DNA of 64,000 nucleotides from positions 76,818,001 to 76,882,000 of the forward strand of contig OX597831.1 of assembly GCA_951406725.2 (NCBI GenBank). Direction: 5' to 3'. Positions within the stretch are counted from its first letter, which is position 1. Each line of letters opens with the position of its first letter. Positions 14,039-31,194 of the stretch are shown piece after piece. The stretch comes from Octopus vulgaris (taxonomy: Eukaryota). Position numbers and translations under genes: made by a program. The notes under the pieces are model-generated. The model did not search any database, was not told where the DNA came from, and saw only the letters and a program-made list of their open reading frames with translations.

Positions 14039-14216
14039 GGTGTGAGAAAATGGTTAAGTAACAGTTATTATAGAGAAGATATGAAATACGGAGTGCATAT
14101 AAATTTCCTGTACCTTGTGTGTAAGTTCCAATAGCATATAAAATTGGTCATTCCGAGCATAGAGTTTGTAAACGGTGTTATTGAATCTAGTTTTTTTTAA
14201 CTATATGTATGTACGC

Positions 14217-14285
<69 letters not shown>

Positions 14286-14468
14286 CGTAGGTATATATAT
14301 GTATGTATGTACGTATATATATGTATATATATGTATACATACATATATATATATACATATACATATATAATGATATAAGAAATATATAAATATATGCATA
14401 TATACATATATGTTTATATACCTCTATATATATATATTTATATATACATACATACATACATACATACA

Positions 14469-14502
<34 letters not shown>

Positions 14503-14587
14503 CTTACATACTATGGACAATATGTCCAATTTTTCCGGCATATTTGGCATTAGAAATTTTTTCGTTTGGCCTTATTTATAAGATGTT

Positions 14588-14640
<53 letters not shown>

Positions 14641-14644
<4 letters not shown>

Positions 14645-15345
14645 CCGCAGAATGTGTTCCTGGATTCTCAGAACTTTCCAGTCGAGAGATATCCACACCA
14701 TTATCCTTCTCTTCTCCACTTTTGCCCGACCCCACCTTGAATACTGTTGTCCACTGTGGTCTCCCCACACAATACAAGGTATCATTAAAGTCGAAGCACC
14801 TCAAAGGGCAATCACAAAAAAGATAGATGGCATGACAGGCCTCGACTATTGGGGTCGACTAGAAAAGCTAAAACTCTATTCTCTCCAACGTCGTCGTGAG
14901 CGCTACATCATCTGCATGATGTGGAAAATATTCCATCAGCATTGCCCAAAAGATGTTGGCATCACCTTTAAGGTACATCCAAGGCTTGGGCCCCGTGCCA
15001 TCCGCCCAAAACAAAAATCGCACTCTCATCTCATAACAACAATACGGCACAATTATTTCACCTCAATTGGCCCCGCTCTCTTTAACATTACACCAAAACA
15101 CATTAAAACAGAAACTGACCCTATAGGGTTCAAGAAGTCTTTGGACAGATTCCTTCAAGAAATCCCAGATAAACCCCCTACACCCGGATATGTCTCTGTA
15201 AACAATAACTCTCTACTTGAGTGGGCCATAGTGCCCAAATTCTGACTTGAAAGACTTCACCAGGTGGTGCTATTAAGTTAGACATGGCCTGGGCCAATAA
15301 TGGCCGAAACCTATCAAAGTATCAAAGTATCAAAGTATCAAAGTA
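14641..15345 (+). mobile_element. 5'-truncated CR1-clade LINE (C-terminal ORF2, 3' tail of TATCAAAG repeats) inserted in (TA)n
   Basis: [39 protein letters not shown]; open frame to 15245; 8-nt tandem tail. Confidence 0.85.
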
Positions 15346-15355
15346 TATATATATA

Positions 15356-15509
<154 letters not shown>

Positions 15510-15749
15510 TATATCGAATAACAAAAACATAGAAAACGAAATTTTTTTCGAACACCGAAAAAAACAAATAGAGAAACGAGACAGGCAACATAAAAAAAAC
15601 ATTCCCTTCATCAGTTGTCCCCTGTTTTATCTACTGGGGTCTATTCATTCGACTAAACATTCTTCAAGGTGGTACCCAAGCCTTGCCGCAGACTAATGAC
15701 TGAATCAAGTAAAAGATATATATATATATATAACTATATATAAACATAC

Positions 15750-15807
15750 CTGTATTTTCAGTAAGAGCAATCACAAACACGAGCAAAATAACAATTCGAG
15801 TCGTCAT
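15750..15807 (-). CDS. Gene A exon 1, signal peptide MTTRIVILLVFVIALTENT
   Basis: ATG, hydrophobic core, phase-1 G|GTATGT donor compatible with exon 2; same layout as B/C exon 1. Confidence 0.7.
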
Positions 15808-15854
15808 ATTTTCAACCGTGAAGCGCTGGTTTGAAGTTAGCAACTGGTGCTGCT

Positions 15855-15862
15855 TTTTAATA
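15855..15862 (-). promoter_or_regulatory. TATA-like box TATTAAAA of gene A
   Basis: ~50 nt upstream of the ATG; context gagg..TATTAAAA..agc..cacca is conserved with copies B and C. Confidence 0.55.
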
Positions 15863-16352
15863 GTCCTCTCTCGACCACAAATCAATAGGTGTCTGGCGAC
15901 TAAGTTTATAAAATGCTTCTTTTCAACAGTTATGCACTTTATGCATTGACTATTACAATTTTAACATTTAAGCGATAAAGATATTCTATTCATTGCTTAG
16001 AATTATCAATAATTTTTTGTTTATATCAGCCATTCACCGTAGACAGCTTCTGAGAAATTTCTTTACACTATGTATTTCGGTGTCTGACACTTTAGTTTTG
16101 GAATAATGCAAAAATAGTAAAATAGTTGTCTGTTTTACTTTTTATAACTCCCACAACACTTTGATCAGCCAGCATCGTGGTGTGAACATTTACAAGGATT
16201 TGGCAGAAGTAATGTATTTGCCAGCGTATAAGACGTAATCTCGAGTAAGACGTACACTAATTTTCCAAGTGTATTTTGTTGAGAAAAACAAATTTAGTAT
16301 GTTTGAGCAAACGCTTATTAAAAAACTGTTTAAAGTTGTTTTTAGGGGAAAA

Positions 16353-16640
16353 TATCGGGTTGTCCGGAAAGTTCATGCCGATTTATATGTTGAGTAAATG
16401 AAATAGGATTTGACGACACCTACATTTAGAGCACAGTTTAAGCTATCTTTTCGTTGAAGAAGTATTATGTTCCAATAACCTGTGTTAATTCTGTAACCCT
16501 TTAAAATGGAAGATAAGAAAGTTCATTTTCGGCACTTGATGCTTTTGGATCCAGACAAACATTGCTGCAACTTGGCTGAGATGTGTTACCCCACCCTCTA
16601 TATTCACCAGATATTGCTCCTTCGGATTTCCACTTATTTT
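16353..16640 (+). mobile_element. Deleted mariner remnant
   Basis: TIR-like tatcgggttgtccggaaagttc, MEDKKVHFRHLML start and YSPDIAPSDFHLF motif. Confidence 0.7.
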
Positions 16641-18043
16641 GTGTAATTATATTTAGTTGTATTAAACCTTATCTTGTCTTATGTGGCTTATTTATTTTAT
16701 TGTAGATATTATCTAATAGTATTAGAGTTTTTTTACTGTTATATTATAAATCATATTAATTTTTTTTAAAATAATGATGAATAATATTTGTTGATGGTTG
16801 TGTTTGAGATGAGTTTTGGGCTTCATCAGTTGGAGTCTTTAGGAAAGGTTGAATGGTAGGAGATAATCGGCTGTGAATTAATTTGATGTTAGTTGGCAGT
16901 TTGTTGTAGACTGGATTTTGGTAGTGATGGTAATAATTTATAATGATATTAATAATGTTAATTATTATGTTAATTATTATAATATTAATGATTATAATAT
17001 TTATAATCGCGTATGGATTGTTATAGGATCCGGGTAGTGATGATGAAAAAGTAATACTTTATATACTATTTTTACTATTATTACTTTTATTAACTTTATT
17101 TAACTAATGAAGTTTAGATAATTCCCGTATTTCATTAATAATTTCCTTTAGCCATTTTCATTAATAGTTATGTTCTATTTTTCCATACAACGTCTCCACG
17201 AGTTTTATTTCTTATAGATGCTAAGTATTATTCTTTACGTTTATAATCTAGTGATTTTCTCTAATTAACTTAGCAACGTTATTTTCTCCTTTACTTTGGA
17301 TTTGTATTTGTGTGTGTGTGTGTGTGTGGGGGGGTTAATGTTTAGCTAAGTTTAGTTTTGTTATTGATATAATAATAGGTGTCTGTTATTTTTATTTGCG
17401 TGTCTTTATATTAGTATCTCTATAAGTTGTGGTTTTCTCTAATTTTTAGTTCATTGAGGATTTATTCGATTTCTTTGCGCTATGTATCCACGCGATAATT
17501 TTATAAACGCCTTAACTATTTATTTCTTTTAAAAATCAGTTACTCTTCATTCTTCGGTAAAGCTAAGTCCGATTTTTATCGTTTCTCTATTTCATTTGAA
17601 TATTGAACCGTTGTGTGTTTGAAATTATTATTATTCTCTCTTTTACTCTTTTACTTGTTTCAGTCAGTTGACTGCGGCCATGCTGGAGCGCCGCCTTTAA
17701 TCGAGCAAATCCACCCCGGGACTTATTGTGTATTTTAATTAATTTTAAAGTATTTAATTATTGAAGTATTATTTTATTTTTCACTTATGTATATTTAGGA
17801 TTTTTATATATACATATCTATTAAATTAATAATTACATATATATGTATGTAATTATATTAAAGGAAAAAGCCTGTTTTTATTGTTTTAATCTAGAAATTG
17901 GACCCAATTTACAATTACTGTGAAATAGTTTTAATGTTTTTTCACTCGCTCGCCTACAATCCGTGTATATTTTGGGAGTTTCTCAGTAGTATCTGGATGC
18001 CTAGGCACTTTCAAGCATGTTTTTTTTCACCGTTACTCCCTTA

Positions 18044-18094
<51 letters not shown>

Positions 18095-18214
18095 TTATTA
18101 ATTTAATGTATAAATTAACTATAAGTCTTTATTACACGTTGAATACCTGATAAAAATTATTAACGTGATTTTATCCTTACATTCTAGTATATGGACATAC
18201 ATATATATATATAT

Positions 18215-18322
18215 ATTCAAAAATATAAGGAATGGCCATAATAGGACATTCGACTCACTAGAAAGGCTGCTCTTTCTAGTGAGTCGAATGTCCTATTATG
18301 GCCATTCCTTATATTTTTGAAT
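18215..18322. repeat. Perfect hairpin, 51-bp arms, 6-nt loop
   Basis: attcaaaaat...ctagaaag gctgct ctttctag...atttttgaat. Confidence 0.9.
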
Positions 18323-18475
18323 GTATATTATATAGTCTTTGACTATATTTTCTTTCTCGCTGGACCGCTGGTAGCTGAGAATTTTTTATAGAATTTTTTA
18401 TAACGTTGTATAATTGCCATTCCGTCCTCTCTTTCCATCACTTTCCCTGCCTCCCCAACAAATACACACAGAAAT

Positions 18476-18615
<140 letters not shown>

Positions 18616-18806
18616 AACATTATATATAAGGGCTTAGTAAAATAAATTACTTTGCCACATACTGAACTCATTAGAAATAGCAGCTAAAGAAATTTCTTTA
18701 GCTATTTCTAATACTTAATGAAGATCTCTCTCAGATAGTGTTTGCTCAAACCAACTCACAAAGGTATGGGGGAAAAAACATTAAAAAATCAAGTGCAAAG
18801 GTTATT

Positions 18807-18858
18807 TGAGAACGTACGTTTCTAGATTAGTCAAATCGACATTTCTTTCGTCAGCTCA
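18807..18858 (-). ncRNA. Hammerhead motif (mirror of 19325-19376)
   Basis: Exact reverse complement. Confidence 0.65.
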
Positions 18859-19324
18859 GAACTCCTTGATTCGGATTTGGGAACACTGAAAGTGAGAGAG
18901 ATCTTCTTTAAGTATTAGAAATAGCTAAAGAAATTTCTTTAGCTGCTATTTCTAATGAGTTCAGTATGTGGCAAAGTAATTTATTTTACTAAGCCCTTAT
19001 ATATAATGTAATATTTTGAATTCGCCTAAAATGGTCCCTTTACATACTGAATACTTGGTGAAATTGATTAATAATTAATTAATTTTACCCTCAATTGTTG
19101 AAATTATAATTCATTTCTCTCTGTTTAATGTTTCGGTTTTCACCGATAAAACATAGTGTTTGTCAATTTTAACCCACGCTGGTGGAAAGGGGAGAGCAGA
19201 AATTCTTCGCTTGCATATTTTGAATTTGATAGCACTTTTAGTTCGAGCGGAATTCTAGAGGTGATAAGAAGCCAAAAGGGTATGCTCCCACTTTCAGTGT
19301 TCCCAAATCCGAATCAAGGAGTTC

Positions 19325-19376
19325 TGAGCTGACGAAAGAAATGTCGATTTGACTAATCTAGAAACGTACGTTCTCA
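19325..19376 (+). ncRNA. Hammerhead motif with palindromic stem III
   Basis: TGAG CTGACGA A AGA..gtc gattt gac..TCT A GAAA CGTACG TT CTCA. Confidence 0.65.
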
Positions 19377-19665
19377 AATAAACTTTGCACTTGATTTTTT
19401 AATGTTTTTTCCCCCATACCTTTGTGAGTTGGTTTGAGCAAACACTATTTGAGAGAGATCTTCTTTAAGTATTAGAAATAGCTAAAGAAATTTCTTTAGC
19501 TGCTATTTCTAATGAGTTCAGTATGTGGCAAAGTAATTTATTTTACTAAGCCCTTATATATAATGTAATATTTTGAATTCGCCTAAAATGGTCCCTTTAC
19601 ATACTGAATACTTGGTGAAATTGATTAATAATTAATTAATTTTACCCTCAATTGTTGAAAGTATA

Positions 19666-19849
<184 letters not shown>

Positions 19850-19899
19850 GATCAATAAATGGTGGGGTTGTGTTGACCGCACGTGGAGAAATGATAAGT

Positions 19900-22840
<2,941 letters not shown>

Positions 22841-23124
22841 AAGTAAACATCATCTCTGGTCGTCAAAAGTATGTAGTGTACCAGAACAACACTTTCAGAA
22901 CCAAAATTTCAACATAAACCTTATAAAAGTTCACGTGGAGAGAGAACTATGCATTCAACAAGAAGAATAAAAATGTAAATTGTAAAGACTCGTCATAGCA
23001 GGAGATTGTAAGGAAAGAAACTGGGTTTGTATGCATGTGGAGAAGCGGGGAAATCGTTTACGTTGGGGTTAAAAACAGTGGTTAAGAGAATGGATCCCTG
23101 TCGTATATCATATGTATATATGTA

Positions 23125-23192
<68 letters not shown>

Positions 23193-24874
23193 GTCTTTGT
23201 AATGTTGGCAAATGGATAAATATAAAAATGAACATTGCCAATTTAATTTTTAAAATTCCATATGTGGTTGAAGAGTGCTCTACATATTAAAACTGATATA
23301 ATACTTACATTGTTTAATTAAATGAAGTAGCATGAAACGATCGTACTAAACTACCTTTGGATATACTTGTTGCTTATTTTGATTATAATCATTCCATTTG
23401 ATTTATATGGATAATGCAATACCAAATTCTGGTGCCTTTAAATTAAGTACCATATTCATCTAGATCTAAATTTTTACAGGCATATATATATATATACGTA
23501 TATATATATATGTATATACGTATATATATATATGCGCGCACGCGTGTATGTGTGTGTGTGTCTTTGTGTTTGACCCTTACTACCGCTTTACAATCGATGC
23601 CCGTGTGGTTACATCCCCATAACTTAGTTTCTGGCAAAAGAGACCGACACAATAAAAATCAGATTTAAATGAAAGCATAAGTCCTGGGGTCAATTTTTTC
23701 GACTAAGCCCTCTAAAGCAGAGCACCAACTATGAGGAAAGGAGGTTTGCTTTCCAGCCCAGGATCTGCCCTATAGACTCGGACCGACAAATGACTTGTAA
23801 CTGGATCTGGATGATAGAAACTGAAAAAAAAACATCGTAAAGAAACCAGTCATACAAGTATTGTACCTAGCAGAAATATGCTTTTTCAGCTCCCTAGTTT
23901 ACAACACTCAGTCTCTTGTCCGTAATACAGCAATTTTACCCAATCCAGAAGTTCACAATATAAGACTCCTTAAATTAGAAGAATCGCTGCTTGAAAGAAA
24001 TACTTTAAGTACCTGTCTACTCTGAGAAAAACAACCACCCCCAAAACACTATTTACCAATGCGAAACTGCCAAATACAAACTCAATTCCAACACTTAAAA
24101 AGTGTGCCTGATCTTGTGACAACCTTATTTCGGACACAGCATATAAATAATAAGATTAACAATTCATCGGCAGCAAATACGGGCTCCCAGGACTAGAAAA
24201 ACGTCAACACAGTGAACATCTGAGCGACAACCAAATCACCCAAATTTATTGTCTTTACACTCTAACGATGTACATACAACATCACAGACAAAAGAAAAAT
24301 AAATGAGAAAAATTCATTTATTTAGAAAATACACGACACGATTGAACAGGCTGATTCGGCTTTGCCAATGAATGAATTATTTTAGAAATATATTATGTAG
24401 TTTAATTTGTGCTAGTTTTAAGAAACCCAAAATTCATGAGGCTACAATCATTTATCTTATTAACAACACACCTCTTTATTGTATTTGTCCTTTATCTTGT
24501 TAACAAAGAAGGGGTATGTGTTCATATGTTTAATGGAAGTGAGCTAGCATTAACTGAGCTAGCATTAATTAATAACATTATTCTTCGAGAGAACAATAAT
24601 CATTTATAACACTCTTATGTAAACAATTATCATATTTCAGAAATTAAAGTCATGCCCGACTGCCACATGTGCTTAACACATGAACGTTGACCAAACGATC
24701 TGTACGTTAACGAATAGCGTTTTGATCGGGATTCCTTAAAAGCGAACAGTTTTTGTCAACGGACAGAGAAATCACAATTTGCGACACAATTCTTTATTCC
24801 ATGCAAGTTTGAAAGTCAAATGTATTTACTTATATCTTAAAATCTGATTAATTGTAATACATTCTCAATTTCAT

Positions 24875-25008
24875 TTCTTCTTCTTCTTCTTCTTCTTCTT
24901 CTTCTTCTTCTTCTTCTTCTTCTTCTTCTTCTTCTTCTTCTTCTTCTTCTTCTTCTTCTTCTTCTTCTTCTTCTTCTTCTTCTTCTTCTTCTTCTTCTTC
25001 TTCTTCTT
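24875..25008. repeat. (TTC)n microsatellite
   Basis: Direct reading. Confidence 0.95.
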
Positions 25009-25047
25009 CACACACACACATTGTGTGGCAAGATTTTTAACAAATAT

Positions 25048-25237
25048 AGGCGTAGGAGTGACTGTGTGGTAAGTAGCTTGCTTACAAACCACATGGTTCT
25101 TGGTTCAGTCTCACTGCGTGGCACCTTGGGCAAGTGTCTTCTGCTATAGCCTCGGGCCGACCTTGCGAGTGGATTTGGTAGACGGAAACTGAAAGAAGCC
25201 CGTCGTATATATGTATATATGTGTATATATATATTTG

Positions 25238-25285
<48 letters not shown>

Positions 25286-25622
25286 TATACACATAGAAAT
25301 GGGTCTAACGAAAAAGTAGCATTAATTTTTTTTAGGTCGTAAATATTTTCTCAACAGCTTAATAGACCCATTGAGTAAACTTATGAGTAACGTACCAATA
25401 ATGTCTACTGGAAACAGCTGTGAGCTAAATTTGCTCTAATGAAGGAAATAGTATGTGGTGACCCTTATTTATACCTTGTCTGATATACAAGTACGTATAT
25501 ATGGTTGAAGTTCTCCTTAAGACAGGGGAACGTAAAGAGACCAAAACTAGTTGTCAGCGTTTCACCTGCGAAGTTCCGAAGCATGATGGGGTCGAAACGA
25601 TCGTAGTGATATTTATTATATA

Positions 25623-25675
<53 letters not shown>

Positions 25676-25890
25676 GTGTGTGTATATGTTTGTGTGTCTG
25701 TGTTTGTCGCCCCCAACATCGCTTGACAACCGATACTGGCGTGTTTACGTCCCCGTAACTTAGCGGTTCGGCAAAAGAGACGATAGAATAAGTACTAGGC
25801 TTACAAAGAATAAGCCCTGGGGTGGATTTGCTCGACTAAAGGCGGTGCTCCAGCATGGCCGCAGTCTCATGACTGAAACAAGAAAAAGAA
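25048..25890 (+). mobile_element. Full-length tRNA-derived SINE interrupted in its TA tract by a ~330-bp insert (~25285-25620)
   Basis: Head ggcgtaggagtgactgtgtggtaagtagc..ggttcagtctcactg (A/B box-like); tail gactgaaacaagaaaaag. Confidence 0.85.
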
Positions 25891-25952
25891 AAAGTTATTT
25901 ATGTGCGAGTAATTAGAAATTTCTGGTTTGGTACACAGATGCACATTTAGAC

Positions 25953-26138
25953 CAGTGCTCTGCAACCGATATGCCGCGGCACACTGGTGTGCCATGAGAT
26001 GATTCTATGTGTGCCGCAGTGTAACCTGAATATAATTTTTTCCTTATACTTTTAATTATATTTTTAGTTCAGGTGTGCCGCAGAATTTTGAAAAGAATAT
26101 ATGTGTGCCGCAAGTAAAAAAAAGTTTGCGTAGTACTG
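25953..26138. mobile_element. hAT-type MITE
   Basis: Ends CAGTGCTCTGCAAC / TTTGCGTAGTACTG; internal gtgtgccgc repeats. Confidence 0.6.
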
Positions 26139-26370
26139 GTTTATCCCACATAAAATGGAACGGACTCTAATCCATGGCGAAAGTCACGCAGGGATTGGTT
26201 ACCAAATCCATTCTAAAAAGCTCCAACGCATCTACAACCATCGTTCAGCAATTCCATGTAGCACGGACTGGCCATACAATTCGCCCCCTTTTCATATATT
26301 TGTGCTCCAATTCTTCATCGTACGTTTGAAATCTTTCACAGTTCCAGTAACAACAACAACAACAACAACA

Positions 26371-26422
<52 letters not shown>

Positions 26423-26842
26423 TCTTTTGTGACAGTCAGCGGGTTCTTCGTCAAAATAAGATTAAAGTTTCTTATGCATTGTGGTGTGAACCAACAGACG
26501 GTAGATATTGAGTGTATATGTACATGTATGTACGTATACATATATGCACGCACACACACACATATATATACATATATCTATATACATACATATATGCGTA
26601 CATACATACATACACACATGCAAAAATAGCCTTTTGTTGATGCTGAAGCTCCAATGAAGGAACCTTGAATCTAGGTGAGAAACCGGTTCTTTCTCTATTG
26701 GCAAGAAATCTTGAAATAAAACTGAACAATGATATGCATACAGTCACACACAAACGCACACGCACACACACACACATACACGCACACATATACACACATA
26801 CATGTATTTATGTCTTTATATATTTATGCATGCATATATATT

Positions 26843-26881
<39 letters not shown>

Positions 26882-26983
26882 GTATATATATGTATGTATA
26901 TATGTGTGTGTGTATATGTGTGTGTATAAATATACACATATGTATCACCATAACCACATTTTCATATGTATGAATACAATTAC

Positions 26984-27097
<114 letters not shown>

Positions 27098-27248
27098 ATA
27101 GGAACACATGCATATGTTTATACATGTAGGTTTGTTTTAATATATATATGTGTGTGTGTGTGCGTATGTGTTTGTGCGTGTATATATATTTATGAATGGC
27201 GAAGCTAATTTCAATATATCCTAAGGTATCTATCTTTCTTCTATCTAC

Positions 27249-27296
<48 letters not shown>

Positions 27297-27420
27297 TTAT
27301 CTGTCTATCGATCTATCTGTCTGTCTATCTGTCTGTCTGTCTGTCTACCTATCTTTCTTTCTATCTGTCTGTCCGTCCGTCTGTCTGTGTGTCTATCTAT
27401 CTACCTATCTATCTATCTAC

Positions 27421-27457
<37 letters not shown>

Positions 27458-27933
27458 AATCTGTCTGTCTGTCTATCTATATATCTGTCTGTCTGTCTGT
27501 CTGTCTGTCTGTATGTATGTATGTATGTATGTATGTGCATCTATCTATAAAATATGAGAGAAAGAGAAAGAAAATCCAATTCATATAATAAAAATCACTA
27601 CGATCCTTTCGACCCATCATGCTTCGGTCCTTCGCAGATGAAACGCTGACAACTAGTGTTGGTCTCTTTACGTTCCCCTGTCTTAAGGAGAACTTCAACC
27701 ATATATACGTACTTGTATATCAGACAAGGTATAAATAAAGGTCACTACATACTATTTCTTTCATTAGAGCACATTTAGCTCACAGCTGTTTCCAGTAGGC
27801 ATTATTGGTACGTTACTCATAAGTTTACGCAATGGGTCTATTAAGCAGTTGAGAAAATATTTACGACCTAACAAAAATTAATGCTACTTTTTCGTTAGAC
27901 CCATTTCTATGTGTATATGTGTGTGTATGTCTG

Positions 27934-27982
<49 letters not shown>

Positions 27983-28401
27983 CGTTATATAATTAGGGCT
28001 TAGTAAAATAAATTACTTTGCCACATACTGAATTTTTAGAAATAGCAGCCAAAAAGTTTTTTGGGCATTTCCACTACTTTAAGAAAAATTCTCCCAGAGA
28101 CTTAAAATAGTGGAAATGGCTAAAAATCTTTTGGCTGCTATTTCTAAAAATTTCAGTATGTGGCAAAGTAATTTATTTTACTAAGCCCTAATTATATAAC
28201 GTAATATTTTGAATACGCCTTAAATGGTCCTTTTACATACAGAACACTACTTGGTGAAATTAATTAATAACTAATTGATTTTACTCTTAATTATTGATTA
28301 TATATATATATCTATATCTATATATATATATATATATATAAAAGAGAGAGAGAGTAAAAGAGTAAAGAGTAAGTAGTATATTTTTATTAATATATATATA
28401 T

Positions 28402-28458
<57 letters not shown>

Positions 28459-28499
28459 TTTACACATACAGACACACGCACGCGCTCGAACCATTATCA

Positions 28500-29450
28500 T
28501 TTGTGATCTACTTTTGGGATGCTACTGCACTAGTAGCGACCTCTTTAGAGGAAGCACAGAAATTTCTAGACCGGTTTTCTCTTTCATGGAAAGCCATTAG
28601 TTTTGCCATCAGCATAAAGAAGACCATGTCCTACTCCCAAGCAAATTTGAGGTATCAAGTAGAGGCCACCGCTTCACAATTTTCCTGACATCCTTATTAA
28701 GCTTGATGGGAGAAGTCTAAATTATGTGAAGTCATTTACATGTCTTGATAATAAAGTGAATTCGAGCGCTTCTCTTGATGATGAAATCGTCAACCGTCTC
28801 GCAAAAGCAACCGACGTATTTGGCAAACTCCGTCAACGCCTATGGAATGAAAGGAGCATCAAACTTGACACCAAAGTACAGGTCTATAAAGTAGCCATTG
28901 TTATTACTCTCTTGTATGGGTCAGAATTATGGCTATCCTACAGACCGCACATTAACCAGTTAGACATCTTCCACAAAGGCTGTCTGAGGACAATCTGCGG
29001 TTATTCACTAAAAGACAAAGTCTCTAATGCCACCTTGTTTAGCAAGTGTAAGATTGGTGGAATCGATAGCTTCTTTATGCAACCAGAATTGCGCTGGACT
29101 GGCCATGTCGTCAGAATGAGTGACGAAAGAATACCCAAAGTCCTTACGAATAGCCAGCTTGAGAGTGGCTCATATATAAGGACAAGCTGAAGAGTAACCC
29201 CTTAGGGATGCAGATAGCCCACAACACCTTTGAGCGAAGAGTCTAGGAACGAACAAAATGGAGATCGCTGTGTCAAAATGGAATTAAAAACTTTGTTGCA
29301 ACCAGCATTAACAGGCTTCGTGGTGCAAGGCAAAGGAGAAAAGCGACTGAAAATATACCACCTACACCGACCAGTAATCCTCATATTTGTAACATCTGTG
29401 GCCTTCTTTGCAAATCGTTGGCGGGACTTGAATGTCACCTTCGACATAAG
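28500..29450 (+). mobile_element. RTE-clade LINE fragment (RT C-terminal half)
   Basis: SLDDEIVNRLAKA..FGKLRQRLW..TKVQVYK...LLYGSE.W..LRWTGHVVRMSDERIPK. Confidence 0.85.
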
Positions 29451-29590
29451 TATTATGACTGACAAATAAAGAGTACGTTGTCGGAGCTTGATAGGTCGAA
29501 ACCGACAGGCAAGTCTGTCATATGTATACATATATATATATGTGTGTGTGTGTGTGTGCGTATGTGTGAATGTATATTCTCCTCTCTCTG

Positions 29591-29646
<56 letters not shown>

Positions 29647-29843
29647 CATACATTCGTCATGCTGGATCGCTGAAATCTACAAGTCTTTTTCATTCTCTCT
29701 CTTCTTATTTTCTCTTATTCCCTTCCGTTAAAGAGCGTAGGCTCGAAACGTAAAAGACTTTTCCTTTTTCCCGAGCGTCAAACTAGCACACTTGCTTGTT
29801 GTTCATTCATCTGACTTCGTCTTTTTTTCGCTATAAATTTCAA

Positions 29844-29946
<103 letters not shown>

Positions 29947-31100
29947 CCGCGAGTGTCGCGTTGCTCTCAAGCAACTCTGCCGTCCTGGGTCAACCTAGAG
30001 TGACTCCATCACAACCAAAGCATTCTATAGGGGATTAGTGGAGGGGAGGTACGACGACGAGCTCGGGGCAAACCTGGGCGTCGACGAGGAATACCTGACC
30101 CGCCTGTTCGGGACGACTTTCTGGCCAGGGCCCATGGACAACTTCCAGAGATCCCTGGCCTGGCAGTGCTACCGAGAAGCACTACCCGTTCGGGATAAGC
30201 TCTACAGAGACGGCTCGAGAATCACGGAGCCGACCTTCCCGAGATGCGGTCAGAGCGATGAAACCGCTCTGCACGCATTCGTGCAGTGTCCAACAATTTC
30301 CGACCTGTGGGCTTATGTCGAACAACTGCTGTCACGTGTGGGACGAGTCGGTTTATCAGCTGAGTCTATCGTCAATATTGTCACGCCTCCATCCTTCAAA
30401 CGGGAAGGAAGAGCTATTTTCATCATCCTTGTGACTATGGCCAAATAATGTATCTAGTGAACGCGTCTGAAAGGATTGGAGACAAACACTTTCCTCTCTG
30501 GTCAACCTCTCATCAACTTCTTCAAGTACCACTTGAAGAGGAAAGTGAGAGTAGAGAGGCAAGTTTTGTCTAGCGAACGTTTTAAAAAAAGATGGGTGAA
30601 CGTAGCAAGGATGGCACGTATGAATGACGAAGCCACCTTGAGCATAATCCTATGAACCCAGAAATTGAAAACAGAGGGTTACCCACTTGCAAACAAATGT
30701 GGTAACATATAACAATATTGACCAAGGTTACCGTGGTCTTTTTCGTAGGCTTTTCTTCCCACGGATAAACCTTACTTGCTTTCCCCTTTACACCATACAT
30801 CATGACACTGTGATACACAATCCCTATTGATCGTTTTTTTCCTCTCCCCATTTTTTCCTCTTTTTTCTTCTCTTTTCATTTTTCTTTTCTTTTTTCCCAT
30901 TTTTCTTTTTTTGTTTTCCCTTTTTTCGTTTTTTCTTTTCCTTTTCTCTTCTTTTTTTCTTTTTTTTTTGTTCTTTTTTCCATTTTACGATCCCTTTTGA
31001 TCGAAAACCTACGCCAACTTTTTTTTTCTCCCCCAAAAGAAAAACTCTACCTTGTAACTTGTCCCATCTGTGTGCAGCCCTGTGTAGCCAATAAAGAAAC
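29947..31100 (+). mobile_element. 5'-truncated L1/Tx1-like LINE (zf-RVT region) embedded in (TATC)n
   Basis: SLAWQCYREALPVRDKL..PRCGQSDETALHAFVQC; T-rich 3' UTR ending AATAAAGAAAC; TATC tracts on both sides. Confidence 0.8.

Positions 31101-31194
<94 letters not shown>

Noticed and set aside
14394-15245. 283-aa ORF as a host gene
   Set aside because: N-terminus is microsatellite; the rest is truncated CR1 ORF2.
15606-15614. CTGATGA core (also at 16823, 46436, 10703)
   Set aside because: No properly spaced GAAA, stem III or stem I complement found.
24268-24320. Possible relic exon 1 on the minus strand (ATGAATTTTTCTCAT...gtatgt)
   Set aside because: In-frame stop, weak similarity and no TATTAAAA context.
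25048-25125. tRNA-like sequence
   Set aside because: SINE head; no complete cloverleaf.
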